A stretch of DNA of 56,890 bases. Origin: Candidatus Methanoxibalbensis ujae (GTDB taxonomy: Archaea > Halobacteriota > Syntropharchaeia > Alkanophagales > Methanospirareceae). Numbering within the stretch: the first letter of the stretch is position 1; each line of letters opens with the position of its first letter. Positions 39,493-50,296 of this stretch are shown here, one piece after another. The notes beneath the pieces are model-generated. The model saw only the letters and a program-made list of their open reading frames with translations, was not told the origin of the DNA and made no database searches. The stretch covers positions 1 to 56,890 of the forward strand of contig JAOQIN010000008.1 in NCBI GenBank assembly GCA_026134085.1, written 5' to 3'. The position numbers and the translations under genes were made by a program.

Positions 39493-40259
39493 GGATAGGA
39501 AAGTTTGGATTTCTGAACAATTTCCTTCCTTATTTCTATCTGGAGCACTGCGTGCACATCGGAGAATCAAATGTGCGTCTGGTGGAGGCTTCGCCCAGGC
39601 GAATGGTTGAGATGCTTGAAAGAGGCGAGGTCGATTTTGCGCCCGCCCCATCATTTTACTACATATCAAGAAAGGAGCATCTGCGCTCATACGATTTCTG
39701 CATATCATCTCGTGCCGACAATCGTGGCAGAATATTCAGTGTGATAATAGTATCAAAAAAGATGAAGGTGGATGACGGAGATATCGCAGTTTCATCGCAG
39801 TCAATTACCTCCGTAAATCTTCTCCGCATAATACTGCGTGAGCGTGATATGAAAAATAAAATCATACATGTGGACGGCATATCCGCTCATGACCTGTTGA
39901 AGAAATGCCCTTATGCACTCATCATAGGCGATGAAGCACTTAAAGCACGCAGAAAATTCAATGTTGTTATGGATCTTGGAGAGGAATGGTATGAGCTGAC
40001 AGGATATCCGATGGTATTCGGAATTTCTTTATCATTATCTCATAAAAATATGGAAGAAGCAAACAGAAAAATAATGGAATCCCTCTCATTTGGTATGCAA
40101 AATATAGATAATGTTGTTGAAGAAGCAGCGAGAATATCGGGACTGCCCGGAGAATTCCTCAAAACATACTTCCTCGCAATCTCCTACAAAATGGGCACTG
40201 AGGAGAGGAAGGGTCTTGAGGTGTTTGAGGAAAAATGCATGGAACATCGGTTGGTGTGA
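39489..40259 (+). CDS. mqnA: Chorismate dehydratase MqnA (MqnA/MqnD family)
   Basis: RIG...FLN..P, S.TSV.LL, L.IGDEAL, DLGEEW...TG.PMVF. Confidence 0.85.
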   Translation: MRIGKFGFLNNFLPYFYLEHCVHIGESNVRLVEASPRRMVEMLERGEVDFAPAPSFYYISRKEHLRSYDFCISSRADNRGRIFSVIIVSKKMKVDDGDIAVSSQSITSVNLLRIILRERDMKNKIIHVDGISAHDLLKKCPYALIIGDEALKARRKFNVVMDLGEEWYELTGYPMVFGISLSLSHKNMEEANRKIMESLSFGMQNIDNVVEEAARISGLPGEFLKTYFLAISYKMGTEERKGLEVFEEKCMEHRLV

Positions 40260-40426
40260 GTGATGTGTGATCACTTCCTGAGGAAGGGGTTTTGAGGGAG
40301 CGCGGGGAGATCATGCTTTCAGCTTTCAGCTTTCAGCTTTCAGCTTGAAAAGCGTTGAACGCAATGTGGCTCTCATCTCAGAAGGACGAAGTTGAAAGGC
40401 TCACCGGATGGCATTTCATATGCGAT

Positions 40427-40921
40427 TCATGGCGACGGATGAAGAAATGAGATTATTGCATCACGCAAAGCAGATGCTACTTCAACCGATTTCCTCTCAA
40501 TCCTCCTCCTTATTTCAGCACGGAGATCCCCGCTCTCAGAATCAACATAACTTTCCAGTATCTCCGCCTCCTGAACACCATGATTTTTTATTATCACATC
40601 ACCATGCTCGTCTATCTGCAACTTCACCATTATTCTGTTCTGCAGGTCGGTATCAACTTCTCTCACAACAATCTCAATGAGCATGTCTGTGTTCTCACGC
40701 AGATCATCCATTTTCGCAGGTCTCACAAACTCCTTCGCGACGACAGACGACAGGAACACGCCGGCATCCACCCCCTCTATCTCCAGTTCCAACCGCTCTT
40801 CCGTCGCTGTGGCGGAAACTCTCCGCAGCAGATCATTTGCCAGATCTCTCAACATCTCACAGAAGTTCTCCTCTGACACATTTTCTTCGTTTTCTTCATC
40901 TCCGCCTTCCTTCGCACACAT
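40427..40921 (-). CDS. Hypothetical acidic protein (164 aa)
   Basis: Open frame with coding-like composition; no family recognised. Confidence 0.6.
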   Translation of the reverse strand: MCAKEGGDEENEENVSEENFCEMLRDLANDLLRRVSATATEERLELEIEGVDAGVFLSSVVAKEFVRPAKMDDLRENTDMLIEIVVREVDTDLQNRIMVKLQIDEHGDVIIKNHGVQEAEILESYVDSESGDLRAEIRRRIERKSVEVASALRDAIISFLHPSP

Positions 40922-41261
40922 GACGCTTTCAACTGAAAACTGGAATATGATAATAGAATATCTGAATTTCTTGGGCATAAGACAATAGATTTTCCAAAAT
41001 TTTTGCTTTTTATAAGTTTTATCGCAGAAAATCACATTTTTTGAAGATGAAAACCACTATTCTTCACTCATTTCAGATACTCGGCTGTTCCAACAGGATG
41101 CCACAAGTCGGCAGATATGCTGATTCCCCTTGGGATGTCTCGTGATGTTGATATTGGCATTCTACGGTGACATTCTACGGTGATTTGAGCAGTAGTTCCA
41201 GCAGTAGTTCCGAATCTGAGCTTCAGGCATTTGAGTTGAGATGATCATCTTCCCGCAGAGG

Positions 41262-41330
41262 TTTGAGTGTTTTGAGTGTTGATGTTGATGTTGATGTTGG
41301 TGTTGGTGTTGATGTTGATGTTGATGTTGG
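41262..41330. repeat. Hexanucleotide microsatellite (GTTGAT/GTTGGT)n with flanking short duplications
   Basis: gttgatgttgatgttgatgttggtgttggtgttgatgttgatgttgatgttgg. Confidence 0.9.
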
Positions 41331-41458
41331 AAATTGTACATATCTGAATAATAAAATCGCAGTCACACATCGCATTGGTTTTTCCTCTCAAATGTCACCG
41401 CGCATGTTGAAGGGGAGCTGAAGATGACAGCGCTGATCTGTGTGCGTTGACATGATCT

Positions 41459-42319
41459 TTATTTTTGTTCATTAATATATCCACCAGCCTCCTTTTCAGC
41501 AGCGACAGCAGTGACAGCAGCGATTTCACGCGATCTTTTTGCTGCTGCGATAACAGCGTTCATCACAGCTGCTCTCACGCCTTTTTCCATTTGAAGGATG
41601 CCTCTTATCGTGGTTCCACCTGGCGAAGCGGTGAGTTCGCGAATTTTCTCAGGAGAGAATCCCGCTGAAATCATTTTAGCAGCGCCTTCAGCCGTTTTTG
41701 CTGCGATTTTGAGTGCGAGATCTCTCTGAACTCCCTCATACACGCCGCCATCCGCGAGTGCATCTATGACTGTTGCCATGAATGCTATTCCACTGCCGCT
41801 CAATCCTGTGATCGCATCCATGTGCTTCTCATCAACAGAATAGACATCTCCTATGGCACTCAGAATCTCCTTTGCAACCGCTTCATCCTCATCGCTCGCG
41901 TGGCTTCCACGACATATAGCCGACACAGCAGCACCAACAACCGCGCCGATGTTCGGCATAACCCTTATCACACGCACCGCGGCACCTCCAGCACCACCCG
42001 CATCTCCGAGATACATCTCAAGCATTTTTGTTGATATTCCCGCCGCCACTGATATGAGAACTTTACCTCCGATCAGATGCTTTATCTCGGTCAACACATT
42101 TTTTACATCTGAAGGTTTAACTGCGATTATGACAACATCTGCATTTTCCGCTACATCTGCGTTGCTGTCACATATTTTCACACGATGTTCGCTCTCAAAT
42201 TTGCTCAGTCTCTCCTTTCTGACATCGCTTATGTAGATTTTATCCCATTTTTCAGCGGCCAGCAGACCTTGCAGTATCGCCGCTCCAATATTTCCGATGC
42301 CGACAATACCTATTCTCAT
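41459..42319 (-). CDS. proC: Pyrroline-5-carboxylate reductase
   Basis: GxGxxG, AVKP, S.AAG, R.MPN, GLSGSG, SPGGTT. Confidence 0.95.
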   Translation of the reverse strand: MRIGIVGIGNIGAAILQGLLAAEKWDKIYISDVRKERLSKFESEHRVKICDSNADVAENADVVIIAVKPSDVKNVLTEIKHLIGGKVLISVAAGISTKMLEMYLGDAGGAGGAAVRVIRVMPNIGAVVGAAVSAICRGSHASDEDEAVAKEILSAIGDVYSVDEKHMDAITGLSGSGIAFMATVIDALADGGVYEGVQRDLALKIAAKTAEGAAKMISAGFSPEKIRELTASPGGTTIRGILQMEKGVRAAVMNAVIAAAKRSREIAAVTAVAAEKEAGGYINEQK

Positions 42320-42411
42320 TCCACCTCGCCCTCATCACCACACTCGCTGAGCTCATCACATCATGTTCTCATGATGTTTTACGCTCTCTGCGTTCGCCGT
42401 GCGTGTATTGC

Positions 42412-42636
42412 TCATTCGCCGATTGGATTTATAAGCACAACATTGTTCCCACGCAGTATAACAGCACCGAGAAGTCTTTTGGTCTCTCCATTTATGATCT
42501 CACGCGTGTTTGAAAGGTACAGGTTGAGATAGTCGTCAAAGCTTTCCAAAATGCCCTCAAGCACCTCATACTCCCCTTTCATCTCCACTTGTATCCGCTT
42601 GCCTATCAAACTCTGTATCCGCCTGCTCGGAAACAT
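42412..42636 (-). CDS. Sm-like (Lsm/SmAP) protein
   Basis: Sm1 G.L.SFD.YLNL.L and Sm2 LG.VILRGNNV. Confidence 0.92.
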   Translation of the reverse strand: MFPSRRIQSLIGKRIQVEMKGEYEVLEGILESFDDYLNLYLSNTREIINGETKRLLGAVILRGNNVVLINPIGE

Positions 42637-42762
42637 CCCCTCTCTCACCTACCTGCTCATTTTACTCTCAAGTCTGTATTATATCTGTGAAATACCCCTC
42701 GCGAGTATTTTCCTTATTTACACTATTTACACAATTTACACAATTTCGCTGAGAAAACCCCT

Positions 42763-42936
42763 GGGGGAGGCGGATGGTTTCGGGGGCTATGATAAGCCCA
42801 ATATGGAGAGGGGGCTTTCGTGACCCTGCCAGCGATGCACACCCTCCAACCTCCCGGTGGAAGCCCCTCGGGGGTCACAGCTCCATAGCGGAGATCGCAT
42901 CAATGTTCGCAAATGCCTTGCGTCTGCCTTCCCACA
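42763..42936 (+). ncRNA. Candidate structured non-coding RNA of unknown family (~170 nt)
   Basis: GC-rich intergenic island closed by a 12-bp helix, with several internal helices; G-U pairs favour the + strand. Confidence 0.5.
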
Positions 42937-43156
42937 TCTCATCAACTCTCACATCCTGTTGTTATTTTTCCTTTCAGTTTCCCTCAGGTTCTTGAGCATG
43001 GATATTTGTCTTTGCGTCACTCTCTTTGCATCCTTCTAATATTGTATGCCATTGAGTTGAAAGTGAATGGAGGATATCAGTCCTTATTCTCGGATTGAGA
43101 CTTCTGATATAGTTAAGCACAAGGAATAAGAGATATGAGTGTGAATGCGAGACAGG

Positions 43157-45136
43157 ATGAAATATGTGATAGACACAAGTGTCCTCGTTGATGGCAGGAT
43201 TTCAAAGATGGTTGAGCGTGGCGAGATAGAGGGCGAGATAATCGTGCCTGAGGCCGCAATTTCAGAACTTGAGGCTCAGGCAAACTTCGGCAGGATATCC
43301 GGGTTCAAAGGGCTTGAGGAGGTCAGGAGGCTGAACGAGCTTTCAAAAAGCGGTGCATACAACGTGAAACTGAGATTTGCAGGTGAGAGACCGCGTATAG
43401 AGCATATAAAACTCGCTCGCGGCGGTGAGATAGATGAACTTATACGAAAAATAGCATATGAAGAGAATGCAACACTGATAACAAGTGACAGGGTGCAGTA
43501 TGAAGTCGCTATTGCAAAGAACATATTTTCAAAATATCTTGAAAAAGAGCGCATATCTCCTGAAAAAACGAAGATAATGTCTTTTTTTGATTATGATGTG
43601 AGCAGTGTGCATTTGAGGGAGGGTGTGCCGCCTGTCGTCAAGCGGGGCAAAATAGGAGAGCTGCGTGTTGAGCGAGTTTCTGATGAGCCCATGAGTGCTG
43701 ACGAGCTTCGTGAGATAGCATGTGAGATAATAGAAGCAGCTCGTCAGGATGAAGACAGCAGCATTGAGATGGACAGGGGAGGTGCCACTGTCGTGCAGCT
43801 GCGTGATGTCCGCATTGCGATTGCGGATCGCCCTTTCGCTGACCGCATGGAGATAACCGCTGTCAGACCTGTTGCGAAGGTGACGCTTGATGAATATGGA
43901 TTGAGCATTGCCCTCAAGCGTCGCATTGTTGAGAGGCAGCGAGGAATACTGATAGCAGGACCTCCGGGCGCGGGAAAATCAACATTCGCAGCGAGTGTTG
44001 CGGATTATCTGATCACACGCGGGTTCATCGTCAAAACCATGGAGAGTCCCCGCGACCTGATGGTCCGCGATGAGATCACGCAGTATGCACCGCTTGATGG
44101 AAGCATGGCTCTTACCGCAGACATATTGCTCCTTGTTCGCCCGGACTACACAATATACGATGAGATGCGTAAAACTGCTGACTTTCAGGTGTTTGCGGAC
44201 ATGCGCCTCGCAGGTGTCGGAATGATAGGTGTTGTGCATGCAACTCGCCCCATAGATGCAATTCAGAGAATGATAGGAAGAGTTGAACTCGGCATCATAC
44301 CTCAGGTCGTTGACACAGTCATATTTATAGATGCAGGCGCTGTCAAAAAAGTGCTAACACTTGAGTTCACTGTAAAAGTCCCTCACGGCATGTTCGAGGC
44401 GGACCTCGCAAGACCTGTCATAGAAGTGCGCGATTTTGAGCGGAAATCCACTGAATACGAGATATATACCTACGGAGAACAGGTGGTCGTAATGCCTGTC
44501 ACAGCTCCTCGCAGCCGGGAGAAAAAGAATTTGGATGCGCTGAAAGAGCATATCCGTGAAAAATTGAATGTCAGTGCATGTGATATTGAGATAAGAGGAA
44601 ACACTGCATTCATATTCGTTCCTGAAGACGAAATACCTTTTGTTATAGGCAGAAAAGGAAGAAAAATAGGTAAAATAGAGCGTGATGTCGGTCTTAATAT
44701 AGAAATTATACCTCTAAAGAAAAGAACAAGAAAGAAAAAACGGAAAAGAAAGGCTGAAGAAGAGGATGAACTGGAAAGTGAATTCTCATCAGATGGGTTA
44801 TCATACTCATCATACTCATCAGATGAGACATCATACATATCAGACGGGACATCATCAGACGCGGATGAGGACGGGGCATTTGACAGCACATCACACGCGG
44901 CGCACGCTGAAGAACTGATTGAGGTTGAGGTTGAGGATCATGGAAAATTTTATGTGCTGCATATCCCGGGCGTGAGAAGCAGAAATGTGCGTGTCTATGC
45001 AGATGGTGATTATTTGTTCCCCGTGTTCGTCAGCAGAAACGGAACAGTGCGCGTGCGAAAGGAGAGGGAATTCGGAAAATTGCTCAAAAATTCATTGGAA
45101 GAGGGAAAAAGGCTGTTTGTAAAATTAGTAAAATGA
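43157..45136 (+). CDS. PIN-domain ATPase with KH domain (PINA family)
   Basis: VIDTS PIN start, [26 protein letters not shown] motif. Confidence 0.9.
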   Translation: MKYVIDTSVLVDGRISKMVERGEIEGEIIVPEAAISELEAQANFGRISGFKGLEEVRRLNELSKSGAYNVKLRFAGERPRIEHIKLARGGEIDELIRKIAYEENATLITSDRVQYEVAIAKNIFSKYLEKERISPEKTKIMSFFDYDVSSVHLREGVPPVVKRGKIGELRVERVSDEPMSADELREIACEIIEAARQDEDSSIEMDRGGATVVQLRDVRIAIADRPFADRMEITAVRPVAKVTLDEYGLSIALKRRIVERQRGILIAGPPGAGKSTFAASVADYLITRGFIVKTMESPRDLMVRDEITQYAPLDGSMALTADILLLVRPDYTIYDEMRKTADFQVFADMRLAGVGMIGVVHATRPIDAIQRMIGRVELGIIPQVVDTVIFIDAGAVKKVLTLEFTVKVPHGMFEADLARPVIEVRDFERKSTEYEIYTYGEQVVVMPVTAPRSREKKNLDALKEHIREKLNVSACDIEIRGNTAFIFVPEDEIPFVIGRKGRKIGKIERDVGLNIEIIPLKKRTRKKKRKRKAEEEDELESEFSSDGLSYSSYSSDETSYISDGTSSDADEDGAFDSTSHAAHAEELIEVEVEDHGKFYVLHIPGVRSRNVRVYADGDYLFPVFVSRNGTVRVRKEREFGKLLKNSLEEGKRLFVKLVK

Positions 45137-45617
45137 TAAATGGTGAAACCGATTTCCTCGCTGATGAAGTGAAAAACGGATCCTGTTCGTGCGTATGAAT
45201 CGCACAGCAAGCGCTCAGTTTCAGGCACGAAACTCATTTGGCAATGAAACAGTTGGAGCTAGCGGTCAGTTGTCGCTCAGATGTGAAGTAGGAAGGGGAA
45301 GGGAGGAAAAGCATTGAACACACTGAAATGTGCATATCGGAAGCGCTCTGATGACATGGCCTTGTGCCGATCTGACATACATGAGCCAGAACAGTTATGA
45401 TTATGATGAAGAATGTGAGATAAATGAAAGAACAATATGAGAGGGGTCGGCAACTGGTTCACTGCTTCACGCATCCCGGGTCGTGGAAATCCTGTTGACT
45501 TTGATGCGATATTTCGTGATGAGATACAGCGCTTGAGAGAAGCTTGAATCATCACCCGCATGTTCATATGAACAATTTTCCCACAGCATTTATATTATGA
45601 TCATATAATGATATGGT

Positions 45618-46871
45618 ATGATGATGCGCAGAATATTTGGATTGATATGGATAAATGTGATGCTGTATGTGATGATGTTATGTGTGGTCTCTGCAGCGAT
45701 GGGCAGCGGTGGTGATGGTGTCGGTGACGGTGTCGGTGATGGGGACGATGATATGTTTTATCTGATAGGCAGGAGAGCTGCGGAGATTGCGATGCGGGAG
45801 CTGCCGTTTGAGCGGGGTGATAAGAACACGCTTTTGATGACCACCGCCAGCTATGCGATAATAGACGGCAGGACAACCGAGAGAAGTGTTGATGGTGTTT
45901 CGGATGCGAGCGGTTGCACCATAGGCAATGGAAATCTGTTGATAATTCATAAAATGAGCTGTCCTCTCTGGTTCGCTTTTTTCAAAAAAGATACGAAAGA
46001 TTGCGTGTATATTGAGGTGAACAGCGAGGCGATTGCCGGTGTGGACAGAATTGAAAATCTGTCGGACGACAGGATTTTTAAAATCGTGAGGGAGAACATC
46101 GGTCATGTGCTTGAAAAGCCTGAAGTGTGGAACGACAAAATTAACTCAAAGGTCTTTGGCGGAAACGAGTTCAGCATAATCACAATTTCAACAGTGTGGG
46201 AGAGGGGGGTCCCATACGACCTGCTGCAGGCGGGTAAATTTCACAATCATTTCTGCCCGGGGCTCCTGAGCGGATATATGATCGTGAAGTTTGTTGAGAA
46301 GAAATTGCCGCTGTCTGAAGGTGAGTGCTATCAGGTCATCGCAGTGCCACCATGGTGCAAGGACGATGCTGTGCAGATAATGACAGATGCCACAGTCGGA
46401 CACAAGCAGATGGCTGTAAAAACACTCACTGAGAAACAGAGAAAGCATCTCAAGGATAATAATGTCGCAGGAATCTTTATACGATGGAACAAGAAGGAAA
46501 AATGCGGTGATGCAGCTGTCGTTTCATTTAACTGGGATAAAGTATATGAGATCGCAGGAGTTAATCGCAGTGATTTCCGAAGCTTTGACACATATAAATG
46601 GTGGTGGGCAAGGCTTAAGACGAATTTAGCGCTGCTTGAACATCTTGAAAACAATGAGTTCGTGTCAATTGTCAGGGAATTCCGCATTGAGAGCGCAGAT
46701 GAACTTGACCACCTCAAATCAGCAGGTGTGAATCCGCTTGAGGAGCTCGGATTGACAAATAAAGCAATGACAAAAGCGCATTCTGCTCATGTGATCTCAA
46801 CATCCCTCGCAATCATCGTGGCAGCGTTCATTTTTGCTAAAAAACGAAAAGCACGGATATGTGAAAAATAA
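45618..46871 (+). CDS. Secreted, membrane-anchored FmdE-domain protein
   Basis: Signal peptide, GCT.GNGNL, FHNH.CPG...G, WCKDDA, C-terminal TM followed by basic residues. Confidence 0.8.
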   Translation: MMMRRIFGLIWINVMLYVMMLCVVSAAMGSGGDGVGDGVGDGDDDMFYLIGRRAAEIAMRELPFERGDKNTLLMTTASYAIIDGRTTERSVDGVSDASGCTIGNGNLLIIHKMSCPLWFAFFKKDTKDCVYIEVNSEAIAGVDRIENLSDDRIFKIVRENIGHVLEKPEVWNDKINSKVFGGNEFSIITISTVWERGVPYDLLQAGKFHNHFCPGLLSGYMIVKFVEKKLPLSEGECYQVIAVPPWCKDDAVQIMTDATVGHKQMAVKTLTEKQRKHLKDNNVAGIFIRWNKKEKCGDAAVVSFNWDKVYEIAGVNRSDFRSFDTYKWWWARLKTNLALLEHLENNEFVSIVREFRIESADELDHLKSAGVNPLEELGLTNKAMTKAHSAHVISTSLAIIVAAFIFAKKRKARICEK

Positions 46872-47338
46872 GCGGAACTGTATTTTTTTTATTATTTTAT
46901 ACAAATCGCAAAATAATTAATAAAAATAAAGAATAAAAAAATAAAGTAAAAGAAAGCATGCCAGAATGCCAATGGTAAGTTCAAAACGAAAAGGTGACCA
47001 AATCGCACAAAACGGAGATGATTCCTGGAAAATTCTCAATCCTTACAACTCTTCTTTTGCGGGTCAAACCCCATTCCCATCTACATTGCATTCTTCATGG
47101 GCTACATGTATCCGTCCGGTGTTAACCGGCTGTGGCCCGAGGAAAGCATCATGGATCATACAGACCTGTGTTGTTCTTTTCCATGAATCAGGAAAATGCA
47201 ATTTCCCTTCGCAATTCGCAGGTATGCTCATAGAATCTGCTCATGGCGACATGGCGGCTCATGGACATCAGCGCACAGTCGCACTAAATCATATGTGTGT
47301 CTGTTTTGGATTAATTAACGGTGTGAATGGTGTGAGAA

Positions 47339-47971
47339 ATGAAGGGGATTGAGGATGTGTATGAAGTGGGTATCATGATGCTTCTTGCGTTTTTAAGTGC
47401 GCTGATGAATGCATATCTGCCGCTGAAAGAAACGACATTGCATTTTGGTCTGCCAGGACCTGCTGCAGGCATTGCATTTTTTGGCGGCTTCACATTTGTG
47501 TTCTGGATATTTCTCGCGATTGAGATCATCGGCAGGCGGCTCGCTGCTGTTGTGACTGCGCTTTTCACTGCATCTTTCTGCATGTTTCTCAGCCCTCTCT
47601 GGTTTGGCATCGCCTCACCGCCCTGGTTTGGCGCATACGGTGTCTTATCTCTGCTCTCAATAGCATTTTTTGCCGAACTTTCCACAATCCCGCTGCACAG
47701 CGGCAAATCAACCTCCTCAGAGGAGTGTTGCGTAGCTGGAGGTTTTGCTGAAAGATCAAAAGTCTGCAGAAGCATTTTCGGTGGATTCGGAAATTTGTCG
47801 TGTCTGGTGATCTCATGGCTGATCATGGGATATCACACATCAACATGGATACCTCCTCTGTATGCACCGATATACTCAATTTTCGCGTTCATATCAGGAT
47901 TCGTCGGCGCTCTTCTTGCTCATATCGTCTCGCCTTCCTGCTCATATCTTCTGTCTCGGAATGTGCCCTGA
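47339..47971 (+). CDS. Integral membrane protein (possibly ECF S-component-like)
   Basis: About six hydrophobic segments in 210 aa; family assignment tentative. Confidence 0.55.
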   Translation: MKGIEDVYEVGIMMLLAFLSALMNAYLPLKETTLHFGLPGPAAGIAFFGGFTFVFWIFLAIEIIGRRLAAVVTALFTASFCMFLSPLWFGIASPPWFGAYGVLSLLSIAFFAELSTIPLHSGKSTSSEECCVAGGFAERSKVCRSIFGGFGNLSCLVISWLIMGYHTSTWIPPLYAPIYSIFAFISGFVGALLAHIVSPSCSYLLSRNVP

Positions 47972-48104
47972 TTGAGATGTGTGGATTGAGATAAGATGGG
48001 ATCAGATGGAATCAGATGGAATCAGATGAGATCAGATAAGCTCTAAGCTCAGATAAGACAAAATGAAGCAGCATGCAGATTCAATTCAAATGAAGCGATG
48101 TATG

Positions 48105-48863
48105 TCATTGCAGCAGCATCTCTATGCGATTTTTAAGCATTTTTACACGCTCAACAAAAGAAGGAGAGGCGTCAAATGGAGCTTTTCCCTTTATTTCAGC
48201 TCTCAATATCGCGTTATCCTGTGGAATAACGCCAATAATTGGGATTTCGGCTTCTGAAATTCTCTCAGTTATCGCGTTGATATCTGTGTCCATAACTTTG
48301 TTCAAAACTGCTGCAAATTTCCGTATGCCTATTTCACAGCCGAGCGATTTTATGCGTGTTGCAGTTTCAACAGCTTTCACAGAGGGTTCAACGACAATCA
48401 GCATTATGTCAACGCCGCGAGCTGTTCCACGACCGAGATGCTCAATTCCCGCCTCACAATCCATCACAACAGTTGTATCTCTCCTGAATATATGACGGAG
48501 AAGCGCACGCAAAAAGGCATTTTCGGGGCATGTGCAACCACCACCTCCCCTGCGAACAGTGCCCATCACAAGCAAAACAACATTTCCCTTTTGAATGCCG
48601 TAATTCTCAACAATATCATCAACCTTCGGATTTAACTTGAAAAGCCCATTATCAAGACTTGTTCTCTCCATTATCAGATCCTTCATATCCGATAATGGCT
48701 CCGGATTGCGCTCAATACCAAGTGAGAAGTGCAGGTTCATGGCTGGATCAGCATCAATCGCAATAACTGAATGACCTTCCATAGCAAAAACCCTCGCAAG
48801 AGCTCCTGCAATCGTTGTTTTACCAACACCGCCTTTGCCCGCAACCGCGATTTTTGGATTCAT
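48105..48863 (-). CDS. cooC: CooC/AcsF nickel-insertion ATPase
   Basis: GKGGVGKTT, DADP..NL, GGGCTCPEN (CxC), D.EAG.EHLGRG. Confidence 0.92.
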   Translation of the reverse strand: MNPKIAVAGKGGVGKTTIAGALARVFAMEGHSVIAIDADPAMNLHFSLGIERNPEPLSDMKDLIMERTSLDNGLFKLNPKVDDIVENYGIQKGNVVLLVMGTVRRGGGGCTCPENAFLRALLRHIFRRDTTVVMDCEAGIEHLGRGTARGVDIMLIVVEPSVKAVETATRIKSLGCEIGIRKFAAVLNKVMDTDINAITERISEAEIPIIGVIPQDNAILRAEIKGKAPFDASPSFVERVKMLKNRIEMLLQ

Positions 48864-49044
48864 ACAGCATCACGCATCAGCAAAATCACATCGCTCTCTG
48901 CTTATTGCTCACAGTTCATAAACAAAACAACTCGCCGCCAACAACTCTCCTCATTCTCCTCTCTCATACCGCTCTATCTTAACAAAATCATTAACAAAAT
49001 CACTCTATCTCACCTCAAAATCACACAATCCAGATCTCAGGTCA

Positions 49045-50292
49045 TCAGAGCACATCACTGATTATTTTCACAAGTTCTTCAGCGATCTCCCTTTTCAACC
49101 CCTTCACATGCGTCACTTCATCCCTGTCTTTAAGCAGTATGAAGACTTCATTGTCCTCTGTGCCAATTCCCCCTTTAGCCACATCATTTGCAACGACAAC
49201 ATCAAGAGAGAGAGCATCCATTTTTCGTCTTGCACGTGCGATCAACTCATCAACGGTCACATCTGTCTCCGCTTTGAACGCAACCATGAAAATTTCAGGG
49301 AAAAGCCTCCTGACCTCCTCTATAAGTTTTCTGTTGGGCGTCAGACGCAGGAAATGCTCCACCTCAGAACCCAACTTTTCGCTGTGAAAATCAACTCTGA
49401 AGTCAGATATTGCGGCGGATGATATGAAAACATCATAGCGTTCCCCGCTTTCAGAAGCAGATCGCAGCTCTTCAATGCACGCCTCAATCATCTCATCCGC
49501 CGTCTCCACATATATTTCCTTTATCCCATCAAAACCTATCCTCCCGCTGTGAACAAGTGTGACATCAGCACCCTGTATGAAAGCTTCTTTGGCAATTTCA
49601 ACGCCAGTCTTTCCAGAGCTTCTGTTTGTAAGCACTCTTATAGGGTCAATAGGTTCCATAGTAGGACCTCCTGTGACAAGTATGCGCTTATCTTTCAATC
49701 TATTCTGTGATAATTTGCGCTCAACTCGTAAAATAATGTCATCAATGCTTGCTATTTTTGCAAGACCTTCTTCAAATTTTGGCTCTATCACCTCAACACC
49801 TTTCTCCCTCAGTTTCATCATGTTCTCCTGGAACAGAGGGCTTCTGTATATTGTTTCGTGCATTGCGGGCACTATCATGATGGGTATATCCGAGCCGAAT
49901 GCGGTTGTTGCGAATGCTGTCACTGTCGTGTCTGAGATTCCGCATGCGATCTTGCTCAGTGTGTTCGCCGTGCACGGTGCGATAAGAAATAAATCTGCAA
50001 ATCCTTCCATTCCCAAAAACTCAACATGCTCTATTTTTCCCATAAGTTTTGTGATGACTTCGTGTCCCGTTGCGTATTCAAGCGTGTAGGGATGTATTAT
50101 CTCTCTTGCCGCCTCGCTCATAACCGCATACACATCTGCGCCATGTCTTATCAGTTCACGTGCAAGCTCAACTGTTTTCACAGCTGCGATTGAGCCTGTT
50201 ACGCCAAGAACAATTGTTTTGCCGCATAAAGAGCGTCTCTTCTTACCTTTTATGCGGAGCGTCGGGTGTTTCCTGCTCTCTCCGCTTTCCAT
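49045..50292 (-). CDS. coaBC: Phosphopantothenoylcysteine decarboxylase/synthase
   Basis: GVTGSIAA, APCTANT, PAMH, TGGPT.E.IDP.R..TNRSSG, FKAE, VVAND. Confidence 0.95.
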   Translation of the reverse strand: MESGESRKHPTLRIKGKKRRSLCGKTIVLGVTGSIAAVKTVELARELIRHGADVYAVMSEAAREIIHPYTLEYATGHEVITKLMGKIEHVEFLGMEGFADLFLIAPCTANTLSKIACGISDTTVTAFATTAFGSDIPIMIVPAMHETIYRSPLFQENMMKLREKGVEVIEPKFEEGLAKIASIDDIILRVERKLSQNRLKDKRILVTGGPTMEPIDPIRVLTNRSSGKTGVEIAKEAFIQGADVTLVHSGRIGFDGIKEIYVETADEMIEACIEELRSASESGERYDVFISSAAISDFRVDFHSEKLGSEVEHFLRLTPNRKLIEEVRRLFPEIFMVAFKAETDVTVDELIARARRKMDALSLDVVVANDVAKGGIGTEDNEVFILLKDRDEVTHVKGLKREIAEELVKIISDVL

Positions 50293-50296
50293 GTAA

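Noticed and set aside
40930..41460. AT-rich intergenic region as a replication origin
   Set aside because: No convincing ORB repeats and no adjacent cdc6/orc1
42748..42840. TPP-riboswitch-like words (GCTGAGA..ACCC, TGCCAGCG)
   Set aside because: No upstream P2 GGG strand, no ACCUGA/UAAU loop, wrong spacing, and no thiamine gene downstream
42763..42936. RNase P RNA, SRP RNA, 5S rRNA, HDV or twister ribozyme as identity of the GC-rich island
   Set aside because: GAGGAAAGUCC, SRP helix 8 and the ribozyme core nucleotides are not present in the required order on either strand
45160..45250. Hammerhead-like CTGATGA...GAAAC
   Set aside because: Stem II is out of register, and no stem III or NUH cleavage triplet can be formed
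45437..45547. 36-aa ORF MRGVGNWFTASRIPGRGNPVDFDAIFRDEIQRLREA
   Set aside because: No recognisable family or clear expression signals; may be a gene remnant
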